DNA of 59,809 nucleotides, counting the filler, from Sphacelaria rigidula (taxonomy: Eukaryota): the NCBI GenBank assembly GCA_964200075.2. It is 5 parts of 5 records of this genome, joined end to end, with 100 filler letters (N's around TTAATTAATTAA, not from the genome) between each part and the next. Parts side by side here need not be neighbours in the genome. Positions count along the whole stretch, not along the records: positions 23,966 to 35,847 come from CAXNAA020004382.1; positions 35,948 to 47,828 come from CAXNAA020004383.1; 3 more parts are not named here. The stretch is one strand, 5' to 3'. The notes under the pieces are model-generated. The model saw nothing but the letters and a program-made list of their open reading frames with translations. It was not told the DNA's origin and searched no databases. Below, piece by piece: positions 27,176 through 39,166 of the stretch. Both the position numbers and the translations under genes were made by a program. Numbering within the stretch: the stretch's first letter is position 1; the number at the start of each line of letters is the position of its first letter.

Positions 27176-28446
27176 TTAAGCCGGTTGGTTGTTTTTCGTT
27201 GCCCCCACAACACCCTGAAATGTCACCAGAACCGTTAATGGCCATGTGCGCTACCTCCGTTGATGGTAATGTACATGCCTCTGCAGACATTGATGCTTGC
27301 ACGGTCGTTGACGGCAAATCGCCGAACTCGTCGGTGGTCGGACTGCCGGGGGTGATGGTTCCAAGCACCACGCGCCCCGAGGAGGCCCGTTCCGCCAGTC
27401 CAGCAAACACGATGACTACTCCGGCTGCGACGGCCATCGAGGTAACGAAACCGTGTACGGTGGTGGCAAATGAGTGTGCACTTTTTGAAAACACCTCTGT
27501 AAGGGTTGACAAACCTTGTGCAGTAGTCTTTGATGTGGTGGAACATATCCGTCGACTATCGGACTCCTGTCGCATGCGAATAGATGCCGAGTGTTGGGAT
27601 TTGACGCCCATGAGGGAGGTCGCTCATGCAAGACGGTCGCGGCGCCGGGGGGGGGGGTCTACACCCCCATTCCGTCGGTTCTGACGAGGCCCATGTTGGC
27701 TGATGAAGAAAGCAGAGAGGGTAAATCCATCCTCGGCACAGTGGCTGCTGTAGCTGGAGTTGATAAAGGGCGCGCGACTTGCGTTGAGCGGTCAAATCCT
27801 GCAAGTAGTCCGTCCTCCCTAGACGGTCAGGACACGGACGGAGACGAGACCCTCGCTCGGGGGTTGCATAAGGCCGAACTCCGTGCGGCGGCTCGTAGGA
27901 GCAGACAGTTAGCAGCGACAGTAAAGAAGGATGAAGCCCTGGCTAAACGGCTTTCTGAAATTCCAGCTGTCGAGACCGCTCGGGCAGCCAACCCCGCCAA
28001 GCCTGTCGCAGTAGTTAAACAGGAGGCTGACAGAGAGGGGCAGTTGGGAGGAAAGACATCGCGGTTATATGCGCAGGCAGTGAAGTCAACCCCCGCTGCA
28101 GCCAGCAAACCAACTCCTGTGTCTTTGCTTCCAATGTTTGCGTTCCCCGAATTACTGTCTCATACTGCAAGACGCGAGTTACGTGCGGGCGGATACAACT
28201 TTCATGCGACTAGAGGTGGCGGGAGAACTGGTGGGGGGTCGGAAGGACCTTTAACACGGGGCCGCCGAGATCAAAGTCGGGCGCACCCTTGTGGGAGTGG
28301 CTTTTATAAAACGACAAGGTACGACTCGGAAAAAGCTGGTGTCATGGGTTTGTTGGTGAATTTTACGGTGGAACCGGGAACCACTTTTGCAACCTATTCA
28401 TCTGAGCTGAGACTGTTAGTGGCGAACGTGCAAAGATTGGTCTTTC

Positions 28447-28732
28447 CTGTCTTCACCCCCGCGAGTCACTCTCTCACCTTATGGTCCTTAGTTTCTCGTT
28501 TGATGATTGGTTTTGAGTACTTTTTGTGGTATTATAGTGCAACGACATCGGGGCGTCACTAGCAATATACTCAAGGAAGAATCAAAAAGCCTATTTTCTC
28601 ATCTTGGCATATCAGTGCTCTCATCTCTCTTGGATTGTGTTTGGAAAAGATGTCTGACCTTCATGAAAACAGTCGAACCTATATTTGGGAATAGAGCGCA
28701 GACTTCTACCCTGACAGTGGCGTCGACGGCAG
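28447..28732 (+). repeat. Internal copy of the last ~270 bp of the LTR plus PBS
   Basis: Matches 25570-25839 and is followed by gTGGCGTCGACGGCAG. Confidence 0.92.
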
Positions 28733-31700
28733 TACCAGCGACAATATCTAGTCAGGTAGCGCGAGGAAAGAAAGGTAGGTACTTGGAAGAAATTAACCAA
28801 GTACTGAGAGGGGAAGTGAGTTTAAACCGCAAAGAAAGTTCGACTATGGCGCAAATATTTTCTGGCCCAAAGGCAACAAGAACATTAGGGGTAAAGGCTT
28901 TGGTGGACACAGGGAGCCCGGCAACGTTTATTCATTACTTAATATGGAAGAAAATGGTTGACGTTGGAGCAGCCACCATTGAAGGCTTCCGAGAGATAGA
29001 CCCGGTATCCTGGGGTGGTTTTAATGGTGCCCCGTTGTGTATTTCTTCACAGGTGCGGTTGAATATCAGACTGTGGCCTCGAAGACCCAACTCACGAATG
29101 TCAGTTCAGAACGGGCGAGCATGTTTAGCAATTTACGCCCATGTGGTACCTGATGGAACAATGAATTATGACATTCCAGTAGGACGTGATGGCCTCGGAT
29201 TATTTCCGGTCAGAACGTATCGTGATATAAACCGGCGAGAAACAGGAATGACCTTGCAAGGAAACAACAGTGACTCTGTTGATCGTGCGTTTGTGGAACA
29301 AGTCCGCACGGCTGGTGGTTTTATGGAGCAGAAATCGGCAGTTATGGTAGTATACAATGGGTCTCATGATATGATACAACCGGATACATTGTCATGGATT
29401 CAGGTAAAACTATGTAACATGGACGGAACGCCCACCAAAAGTGGCTGTTATTATGTATCTCTGGATCCAGATTGGTCCCCACATGAGATTATCGTAGAAG
29501 CAGGTGAATCCATTATCCCTATCCGTTATACCGGTTTAGAAGGACAGATGTTGCATCCGAACCACTCTAGGTTCAGCGGGGGCACCTTTGGTACCATGCT
29601 CTCTGGAGGATGTTAAGATTTCTGAAACAAAGAATCTGAAACCCGAGGCGATATTGTTAACCAAAATTTAGAGGAACCTCCGGTTTTGGCAGGTTTGACA
29701 AATGAACAAAAACGAGCATTCAAAGATATGTGGGTGAAGCTTCCCGTATATATGCGAAAAATAAAGTTCGGGTTGGAAGGCGCACATTGGCCAGTTGAGG
29801 ACATTGAAAATTTGGGTGAATGTTTGTGCAAATATTGCACACCTTGGACAATATATGGTCAAAAGTTGCAATAGACAAGAAACATATTGCATAAAGTATA
29901 GGCCTGTTGCATCTATTGACCATATATTGGCCAAGGTGTGCAATATTCACATCGATTTTCAAAGGACAAGATGGATTTTGGGTATTGCACGGTGGATCCG
30001 TTTAGGATTGGCTCAAACCGGGGACAAGGCCTGTCAAACAGCGCCCGTATCGTCACAACCCGGCGGTTCAAAAGCAAGTACAAGTGGAAATTGACCGCAT
30101 GCTCGCAGCAGACATTGTAAGGAGATCATATTCCAACTGGAGTAGTCCGCTCGTGGTTGTGAACAGAGCGGATGGGTCCATTCGAATCACGTGCAACTAC
30201 AAGAAGCTAAATGACAGCACAATAATTCCGGTGTTGCCCATTCCGATTATTGAGGAACTTTTGGATGAATTAGGGGGTGCCAAAATATTTTCATGTTTGG
30301 ACATCACTTCGGGTTACTTTAATGTGGCTATACATCAAGACTCAATCCTGTTGACGGCGATTTGTACGCAGAGCGATCTCTATGAATGGTTAGTTATGCC
30401 GATGGGGTGCAGTGGAAGTCCAGGTTGGTTTCAGGCAATCATGGCGAGAATATGTGATGGGTTGAAACGATGTCCTCTATATATTGATGATGTGTGTACG
30501 TTCAGTGGAACAGGTAGACAACATGTAGATGACTTGGAGGGTCTGTTTCAACGACTGACCAAGTACAACCTCAAGTTGGCATCGAAAAAAGCACATGTTG
30601 GGATGAAATAAACAAAATTTCTAGGACATCACATATCGGCTGAGGGAATTTCTGCTGATCAGGACGAAGTGCAGGCTTTAATCAAGATGCCAATGCCAGC
30701 CGATGTATCTCAGCTCAGATCGCTTCTGGGAGGATTGGGGTACTACCGTAAATTCATTCCGAGAATGGCTGCGAGACTCAAACCTCCCACGAAATTGTTG
30801 AAGAAGGGGGTTAGGTTTCAGTTTACTCAAGAACACGAGACGATAGTCAAGGAGATGCTATCATCCTTGACCAGTATGAACGTTTTAGCATTTCCGAACT
30901 ACGAAGATGCGGCGTTGGGGGAACGCCCATTTATGCTCACCACGGGTGCATCTCTGGATGGTCTGGGCGCGGTGGTGGAACAACGCCAAGAGGTGACACA
31001 GTTCGACCTCTTATTTTTCTTAGTCGAGGAACACTCCCGAACGAAAGAAATTGGAGTGTGTCCGAATTAGGGGCAGCGGCTATTGTGTGGGCTATCAAAA
31101 AGAACAGACTACTTTTCTAAGGAGTGCAGTTTGAAATCTATACTGATCACCAACTTTTGCGAAATTTATTGAGCCTTGCAGAAAAGGTTCCGAGAGTTCA
31201 GCGCTGGCACGACTTTTTAAGTGCGTACACTTATGAAATGAAGTACAAGCCAGGACGCGTGAACGCGAATGCGGATATGTTGTCTCGTTTACCACAGCCG
31301 CCGAATGATAATGATATGTCTGGGGATGCCCGAATAACGGACCCGGGAGACACGGATGTCTATTTGATTGGCGCTGTTGGAATATGACCGAGAGTTATTC
31401 AAAACTCGACCAGGGATGGACATGTAGGGTCGGTAGTGAGTACCTATGATTCAAACTTGAATGGGCTAGACCCTGGATCGTTTTTTCAAAATGAAGAAAA
31501 AGAAGGAAGTGCAGTACCGCTCACGATCTCTGAAAAAGTTGACATAAAATGGATCGAGCTACACAGAGCGAGGGATAGTATTAGTACACGGGTGGAAAGT
31601 GGAAAAGTGAACAAGTCTTCGTACGTGAACAAGTCTTCGTACGTGGTACAGGATGATACACCATTAATTTCTCCACAGATTAGTGACATGACCAGAGGAC

Positions 31701-34080
31701 AATGGGAACAAGGATTGACTTTGAATGCATGTCCGATCACGGAAGTTGGAAGAAGGCTGCTACAACCTCAAGAGCATAGAGCCGTGTTGGTCATTGAATC
31801 CACGACCAATGAAGGAAGTAGTAGTGCGGGGCCAATAACAACGGAACCACCGACTCTGGAAGCAGAAGAAGCCTGTCATTTTGGGGAACGTTTATGTCAG
31901 AAATCGGCAAACGATTGGGCTCAAATACAGTAAGAAGTTGTCACGTCGAGAACAGCCATCGAATATTTAAAAAACAAGTGACAGTGTTGACTAGGGATCA
32001 AGAAAAGGGGCTTCCCACACGAACTGACCTATCCGAGTCCAACAGATTACTGAAACAGGGAACACTTTTGGAAGTGTCGGACGGAGGTGTATTATTAGTA
32101 AAAAAGCAGACACCAATGCCCAGTCAACTGGACCGAAACCCGGGACAATATGAGAGGTATTTGGAAGAAGAGCCAACCAGAACGTATGTGTCACTGCTTT
32201 CGAGGCCTTGGGTAATGGATCAAAATCACATAGAAGCAATTCATTTGGGCGAAGGTATCACGTTATCTTTGTTGAAACGGTATTACTGCTGGATTGGGAT
32301 GAAGGACAGTGTTGAATTTTGGATCAGGAGATGTTATACATGTCAAGCTCGGAAAAATCCAAGAGACACAGTAAGGTGGCCACTTATTTCCTTACCACTG
32401 CCGAGTCAACCAGGGCAGATGGTTTCGTTTGATTTGTTGGGCCCGTTACCAAAATCAACGAGGGGAAATACATGCATTCTTTTGATGGCGGATCTGTTTA
32501 GTAGACATGCGGAAGCGTATGCTCTTACCAAAGAAGAGAAAACAACGGAAGGTTGTGCGAATATCTTAGCGCACGATTACATCCCGAGATGGGGATGTCC
32601 TCACACTTTATTGTCGGATCGAGGAACGGAATTTACAGCAAAAGTGGCAAGAATAGTCCATGAGGTATTGGGAGTCGTGAAACGATACACGAGCGCGTAT
32701 TATCCACAAACTAACGGGATGGTGGAGCGACTGAAACATATGCTATGTCAGATGCTGTCGTACCTAGTGGCAGATGACCAGAAAGACTGGGACAAGCTAT
32801 TGTTACACGCAATTTCTGCACATAACAACAATGTAAGTAGAGGAATAGGGTTAGCGCCGAACGAGGTGCATATCGGAAGATATATCCAAGGTTACCCATG
32901 ACCATCCTAGAAAGAAGGGGTGTGGTAGGACACCAAGGACTGAAAGCGGACCAACTCGAATATTTGCAGTTGATGAAGGATTGTAAAACCAAAGCATACG
33001 ATCTTGTGACACAAGAGGACTTTCTGATAAAATCCAAACACGAGGCAAATAATGAGCAGGTGGAAGAAGTTCTAAATCGAAAGCCAAAGTGGGAGGTAGG
33101 AAATTGAGTTTTTGTGTATGACACCATGGGTACTATCATGTCAGGGGGAACTGCGGTACGCGAAGGCGGAAAAACAGCTTTATCGTCGAAACTGTCACAT
33201 TCCTGGCGAGGGCCATATCAAATCTTGGTGATGGGACCAGGTAGTTCGGAAAAGGGTGAGCTAGTGGGAGAAAAACTACTGTTACTTGAACTCCGGAAAA
33301 ATGAGCCAGGAGTAATCATGAGTCCCCGAGTTTCTCTGTTGAGATATAAGCGGTGCTTCAATCCAAAAGATGAACCGGAGCCGCCGAAGTCCCTACCCTG
33401 GGGTTTGAAGCCAGTATGTCTTGAATCAATATTCGGAACTATCACCTCCGCTACATTCAAGAGAGGAAGATGTGTCGACACAGCTGGACACGTATAGGCT
33501 GAAGCCAAGAAAAGATTGCGAGTCACCGTGTATATCGTGGTTTGGGGGGGGAAACTCTCAGTTCAGTATCTATTATATTGGGAGAATTTGGAGAGGCCCA
33601 GGTGGGAACATGAGGAGGACATGAAACAATATGGACGAGTAATTTTGACGTACTGGATAGAAATCCCAGAATGAAGAAGCCAGACAACTCGAAGTACCGA
33701 AACTACTGCATAAATTTGTCAAGACGAACGGAGGCTAGAGAACGGGGAGAGATGTTTGTGGCTCAAGGCTATGAGTTGAAAAGCAATGTCACTGCTGGTC
33801 ATCATGTGTATGACCCGCAAATTTTCGGTTGTAATATATTATCGAATGCAGACAACAGGATGGCTTCTAGCCCAGATGATGGGTCTGCAAGAGGATGCGG
33901 TGTTAGAGGGGCGCCCGCACACTTCGAGGATGTTGGATCTGGGAAAGACGTACAACGTTCACCTCTCACCAGAGAATTTGAACGCATCGAGGAATCAAGT
34001 GGGGGATTGGTGCTGGCATGTTCATGTGCAGCGCGGGACTTCAAAATTCTTTGCGCATACGCTGTTGCTGGAACGCTGGA
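28733..34080 (+). pseudogene. pol: Degenerate gypsy pol: protease, RT, RNase H, integrase, chromodomain-like C-terminus
   Basis: LVDTGS; WSSPLVVV..NYKKLN, LDITSGY, MPMG, YIDD; YTDHQ, NANADMLSR; C-x2-C, DLLGPLP, SDRGTEF, PQTNGMVERL; WRGPY. Many stops and frameshifts. Confidence 0.92.
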
Positions 34081-34479
34081 GGAGACCATCGACTATCATC
34101 AGAATTGAAGGCGGACATCACAAGCTTCTAGATAGTTGGGGGTGGTTTTGGCATCGGTACACGACGACGAGAAGGAGTTGAAGCTGCGCCAGGAGAACCA
34201 TGAATTGGCTTGACTAACTTTCTTTGAGGAAGTTGAAACACAGGCAGCATCTTTGAGGAAGGGGGCCGATTTGTGGAGTTTTGGGTAAAGAAATCAAGGT
34301 AAAATAGTGAATGTTGCATTTCTTGGGAGTCTATTTTGTCGTACTCAAGGATTTGGGGAAGCTGGTTTGAGTATCAATTGGAAATATTGAGGCTCACCAG
34401 AGTTTTGGCGCTTTTAATTAGTTTGTCCACCGAATTCATCTAAACAAAATATGAATTTTAGGTTCACAGACTGCGCTGA

Positions 34480-35198
34480 TGTGGTGAGCCAAGCTCTCGG
34501 AGGCTTTATGGTTTTGAACTGAACCAGTTCTAGTTTGAAAATATTAATGTAGCCATCGGGAGATCGGGGTAAAACGTGATAAAATAATCCTTGTCTAGGG
34601 TACAGAGATGGTTTTGTGGTGTTTGAAGGCTCAGCGGGAATTCTGGCTACGGACAATAGCACGCTGACGTATTCTATGTTGAAGTAGTAAAAGTAAGGAA
34701 AAACTTGCATCCCGGATCCGAAGGTCAGAGCAGAAGAGGTATGTTGAAGGGTAGATTCACGAAATAGGGCGTCATTCAAGCATGTTTTGGACTTCATGCA
34801 GCACAAACCAGCTGTTGAGTGTGTTTGACGACTGAAGATTGGGTTCTTTTAGAGTTAACATCACAGGTTAGGTGGGCAAGTACGATTGAAGAGATGAAGA
34901 GACACAGAGGTGAAGACCGAAAGATTTTCTGTCTTCACCCCCGCGAGTCACTCTCTCACTTTACGGTCCTTAGTTTCTTGTTTGATTATTGGTTTCGAGT
35001 ACTTTTTGTGGTATTATAGTGCAACGACATCGGGGCGTCACCAGTAATATACTCGAGGAAGAAACAAAAAGCCTATTTTCTCATTTTGGCATATCAGTGC
35101 CCGCATCTCTCTTGGATTGTGTTTGGACAAGATGTCTGACCTTCATAAAGACAGTCGAACCTATATTTGGGAATAGAGCGCAGACTTCTACCCTGACA
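34480..35198 (+). repeat. 3' LTR (719 bp)
   Basis: Direct repeat of 25120-25839, followed by ACAG. Confidence 0.95.
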
Positions 35199-35847
35199 AC
35201 AGACAACAGACAACAGACAACTGTTTGCAGACAGCGTGATATCTTGTACAACAGCAGTGCAACAACAGTATGATATGGCGGTATTCTCTATTCTCGATGG
35301 CAAGCAGCTGATGCATACTGTATACAGTCCGTGTTCAGCTTCTAAAACGTTCTAATAACAACGTAGGACTTTTGTGTTGTGTTCAGTGTATCACTCTGTA
35401 CTACTATATATACTGTACAGTAGTGGGCGGTCTAACTATTTATGTTGTGGCATTTTGTGATTTTTCGCAATTGGCGATTTTCTTGGGCTCTTTTTGCTTG
35501 CCATCGCTCATCACATTGGGGATCTGACGATATTTGTATCCGTTCCATGCTCCAAGAAAAAAAAATCACGTGTACTCAATATTGATTGACTTACGGGCTG
35601 ACCGATCATCGGTGGTCCTGCCACGTTTCAGCCCAGATAATTACTCCTCTGTACTCTCGATCGATCTAGCCTATCCCGATCATCTTCATGAAGAAATGTA
35701 CAGTTTTACATTTTTAGATTTCTACCTACTCATTTTACTAGAGCCGAAAAAACGTGTTTCACGGTCGATAACACTCTCCTGATAAGAGAAAACAGCCGGT
35801 TTCATATTTTGGGGTTCATACAAAATATGGGGCTGAAGTGGCATATC

Positions 35848-35947
35848 NNNNNNNNNNNNNNNNNNNNNNNNNNNNNNNNNNNNNNNNNNNNTTAATTAAT
35901 TAANNNNNNNNNNNNNNNNNNNNNNNNNNNNNNNNNNNNNNNNNNNN
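35848..35947. other. Artificial contig linker
   Basis: N run with TTAATTAATTAA. Confidence 0.97.
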
Positions 35948-37814
35948 CAAAAACCAACAAACACACACATACCCCCCCCCCCCCCCCCCCGAAAGTGGCT
36001 GGTTTTGCGAGGCAAACAGCACAAGTAAATTGGCATGAAAGAAGCCGAGCACAACTAGCAGCTGGGAATTCCCATGCTTGGGTTCGTTTCCGCCAATGTT
36101 GCGCATATGAGACGCTTTAAGCAGCCTGAAACGAAACACCAGGCGCTGTATCATGACTTTTTTCTTCATGACAGTTTTGAGCTGGTTTTTGGGGAGGCTA
36201 TCGTAGAAAGTGTCGCTCGGTATTCCCATCTGGGATGGACATGTCCATATGGGGTCTCACGTCCTCTGGGACGTGGACACCCACCTGGAATCCATCTATA
36301 TCAATCTGGGATGTCCCCGATGCTCATCCAACGTGAATGATGTCAAGATCCACCTGGGACCTGCCGCTCGCTCATCGAGACCGTGTCTTAACCAGAGTTT
36401 CGGTAATATTTTGTGAGTGAGGAATACGTAAACGACAATATCCTAGCAGACCGTTCATTGAGAGAGCAGAAAACCTCTTTTTCTTTCCATAATTCCTCTC
36501 CCGACGCTGCCTGCGAATCTGTGAGGATGCCAAAACCCATCCTCAATAGGTCCAAGACAAGAACCGGGCCGGTGAACGGGTACATCGGGGGTGTCATGGC
36601 GGTTTTATATAAGCCATGTGGTGCGGCTAGGTGCGTCAGGCCAGGATGTACACCACACTACACCTATGGTGTACGAGTACCTACAGCTCGTGATGCAATA
36701 TCACGCACACCGATATCTCACTCTTGGGTTGACTGAGCACGACGGTGTACTGTATCTCATGTTGGATCCCGTACGAAGTGAAGAAAACCCGAGGTGTTTA
36801 CGAGATGCGACACAATCGATATAAGCAGAGACGGTGCGCAAATATGGGCGTTTCTCTTTGATATGCCGCGCGTCTTGGTGGTGCTCATCCCTGCTGGAAC
36901 AATTCATGTGAACCTGAGCTTCTTTTGTGTAGCTGAGGAGTGGGCTGTCGTTATATCACGTGCGCCGGTCCTTGGGTGCTTCGTGTGCGCTGACAAGCGC
37001 GTGGCTGCAAAGCGAGGAATCTCGACATCTGCATGGGCCCGCAGAACGTCACAAGACTACAATCTCTGTGTAACGTGAGCAAGGTCCGGCGATGTGGTAC
37101 CTTGCTCGGCGACGTCACCGTTTGTTCCTTCGCTCATGTTTCCGTGTGGAGCCAGACCTGCCCGAAACAAAAATCGGAGTGAGATGACTCAGCAATCATT
37201 TCACCTAAATTTGGGTCGAGACGCGACCTCAGACCACTTCGCCTCGTCTTCTATATTTCCTGGGCGGAGGGCTCCGCTAACATCCCAACCTGACGCCAAG
37301 CCCCAACCGTGGCCGATATCCTGACCGGAAAACGTGGACAAGTTGTGTGCTGGTGACCATACCTCTGAGATGGCGCGCGCTGGTAAAAAACAGTGCAGGG
37401 CGCGCCAAACACGCTGAAATGCACGCACACACCCATGCTCAAGTCGATTTTCAAAACGAGAAACAATCGAGGTAAACGCATGTCAACGGAAACCCAGGCT
37501 CTGACAACTGTGCGTCGTATTTACAGAATTTAGGTGTACAACACCATGTCACGCAACATCACGCCTGCGAGCGGCGGAAACTGGCTTTAACCACCGCACA
37601 GAAGTCGCGGCCCTGTGTCGACCGCACCCCGGGAGACCGTGCGTGCTCTTTCCTGATAGGAGCACGACCTTCACCGTGACGTCATGCTTAACCGTGACGC
37701 ACGCCCGCGGCAATTATGAGGTTTCCCTCCGTGAAAAGCACGCTGTTTACGAATAATCACGCCCGGTACAGATCGCGAAAAACGAAAGAGGCGTTCGCGG
37801 GATGGGGGTGGGGA

Positions 37815-39000
37815 GGAGGACGAGGGGGGGGGGGGTGTACTGATGACCTTGCGTGTCGTAGTCATGTGGCCATTGATCTCGCATCCCTATTAAGCCGTGA
37901 TGGAGCACGCTGGGTCTTCGCCGGACCAGTGTTGCAATTAAGTACCAAGCGTGGAGCGCCGTGATGTGCTTGGCGAGTCGCATGAGGGGTGAGCTGTATC
38001 CTGCGAAGATAATTTGGTCTGAGGTCTACCCATTGTCTTGCATATGGATGGCAGCCTCGAGTGTGTCGCTTCATTTTTTTGGTATTCCTAGTTTACGGAG
38101 GACGGAGGGGAGGGGGGGGGGAGGCGTACTCATGCGATGTTTGCCTGAGTCATTTGACCATGCATCCCTTTCGAGACGGGGCATCGTCCCTACTCAAAAA
38201 AGAAAAAAATTCAACCTCTGGGCGCGCGCATTACGTTTCTTCCGCACATAATACAAAAACCGGTTTGAATGTTATTTTCCGTGCGAGGTGTACGTGGGGG
38301 GGGCGAGGGTGGTAAGTGTACTCATGCTCTCGCATGCCGTCGTCATAAGGTCATTGAGTTTGAATCCTCACAAAGCCGGACCAGGCTCGCAATGAACCAC
38401 CACGCGCGAAGCGCCGTGATGAGTTCGGTCTGACACGTACTCTCTGTCTTACATATGGATGACAGCCTCGAGTGTGTTGCTTCATTTTCTAGTATCGTCA
38501 TTTCCAGAGACAGCCACGGTTACACACTACCCCATGGGTGCCCCAACATTTGAACACTACGTAGTACAATCATCCCGTTCGCGCAGAGTTGAGGTTCTCC
38601 ACCCCGCACAATGGGGTCTAACTCCACAGTAGCCATCATGATTACCGCGAAAAAAAAAGGCAAGCGAGATAAAAACGGTCACCTGGTTACCTAGCTTACG
38701 TCGCGAATGGAGTGTTTTACAGCGTCGCTGCCAACCGACGCCAAGTCTTCAAGGGTGAGGTGGAGGGCGGGAGGAATGGGGGGGAGGACCTGCAGTATGC
38801 TTTTTCCAAAGTCAAAATCATACAATGTTTCCAGGATTTTTGGTGACTTTACGCACAACAAGAACCATGTTCGTGCACCGATGCACTTCGCCGTGTCCAG
38901 CATGAAATGAAAACGGTGCACTCGGGACCACGGGTCGAACCATCTTGGGAGAATGACCGCAGCAAGACACCTTCAGGTGTAGGGAGTGCACTACAGGGGT
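37815..39000 (-). mobile_element. Cluster of poly(C)-tailed retroposon copies: long 37823-38100, short ~38105-38184, long 38295-~39000
   Basis: Each copy starts with a G-run plus gtact on + and is homologous to 3879-4487. ggaggacg(g)agggg flanks the first copy on both sides. Right boundary approximate. Confidence 0.65.
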
Positions 39001-39166
39001 GTCAATGTGCATAGAGAGAGAATTTTATGCTGAAAAAAGTAAGTATGAGCCCGACACACAAACGCATACTGACAAAAATGTCATTAGCTACGTGTGAGGC
39101 AAAGGACACGTGCGGATACATGGGTGTGTCTCCGTCCAACACGGTAAGATGGTGTCGTTACTTGTC

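Larger units (their letters stand above)
25120..35198 (+). mobile_element. Ty3/gypsy LTR retrotransposon, structurally complete, ORFs decayed
   Basis: TG..CA LTRs at 25120-25839 and 34480-35198. 4-bp TSD ACAG. PBS at 25841. Domain order PR-RT-RH-IN. Confidence 0.95.

Noticed and set aside
37838-37910. Hammerhead ribozyme (CTGATGA in one long retroposon copy)
   Set aside because: The motif is not conserved in other copies, and there is no properly placed GAAA or stems.
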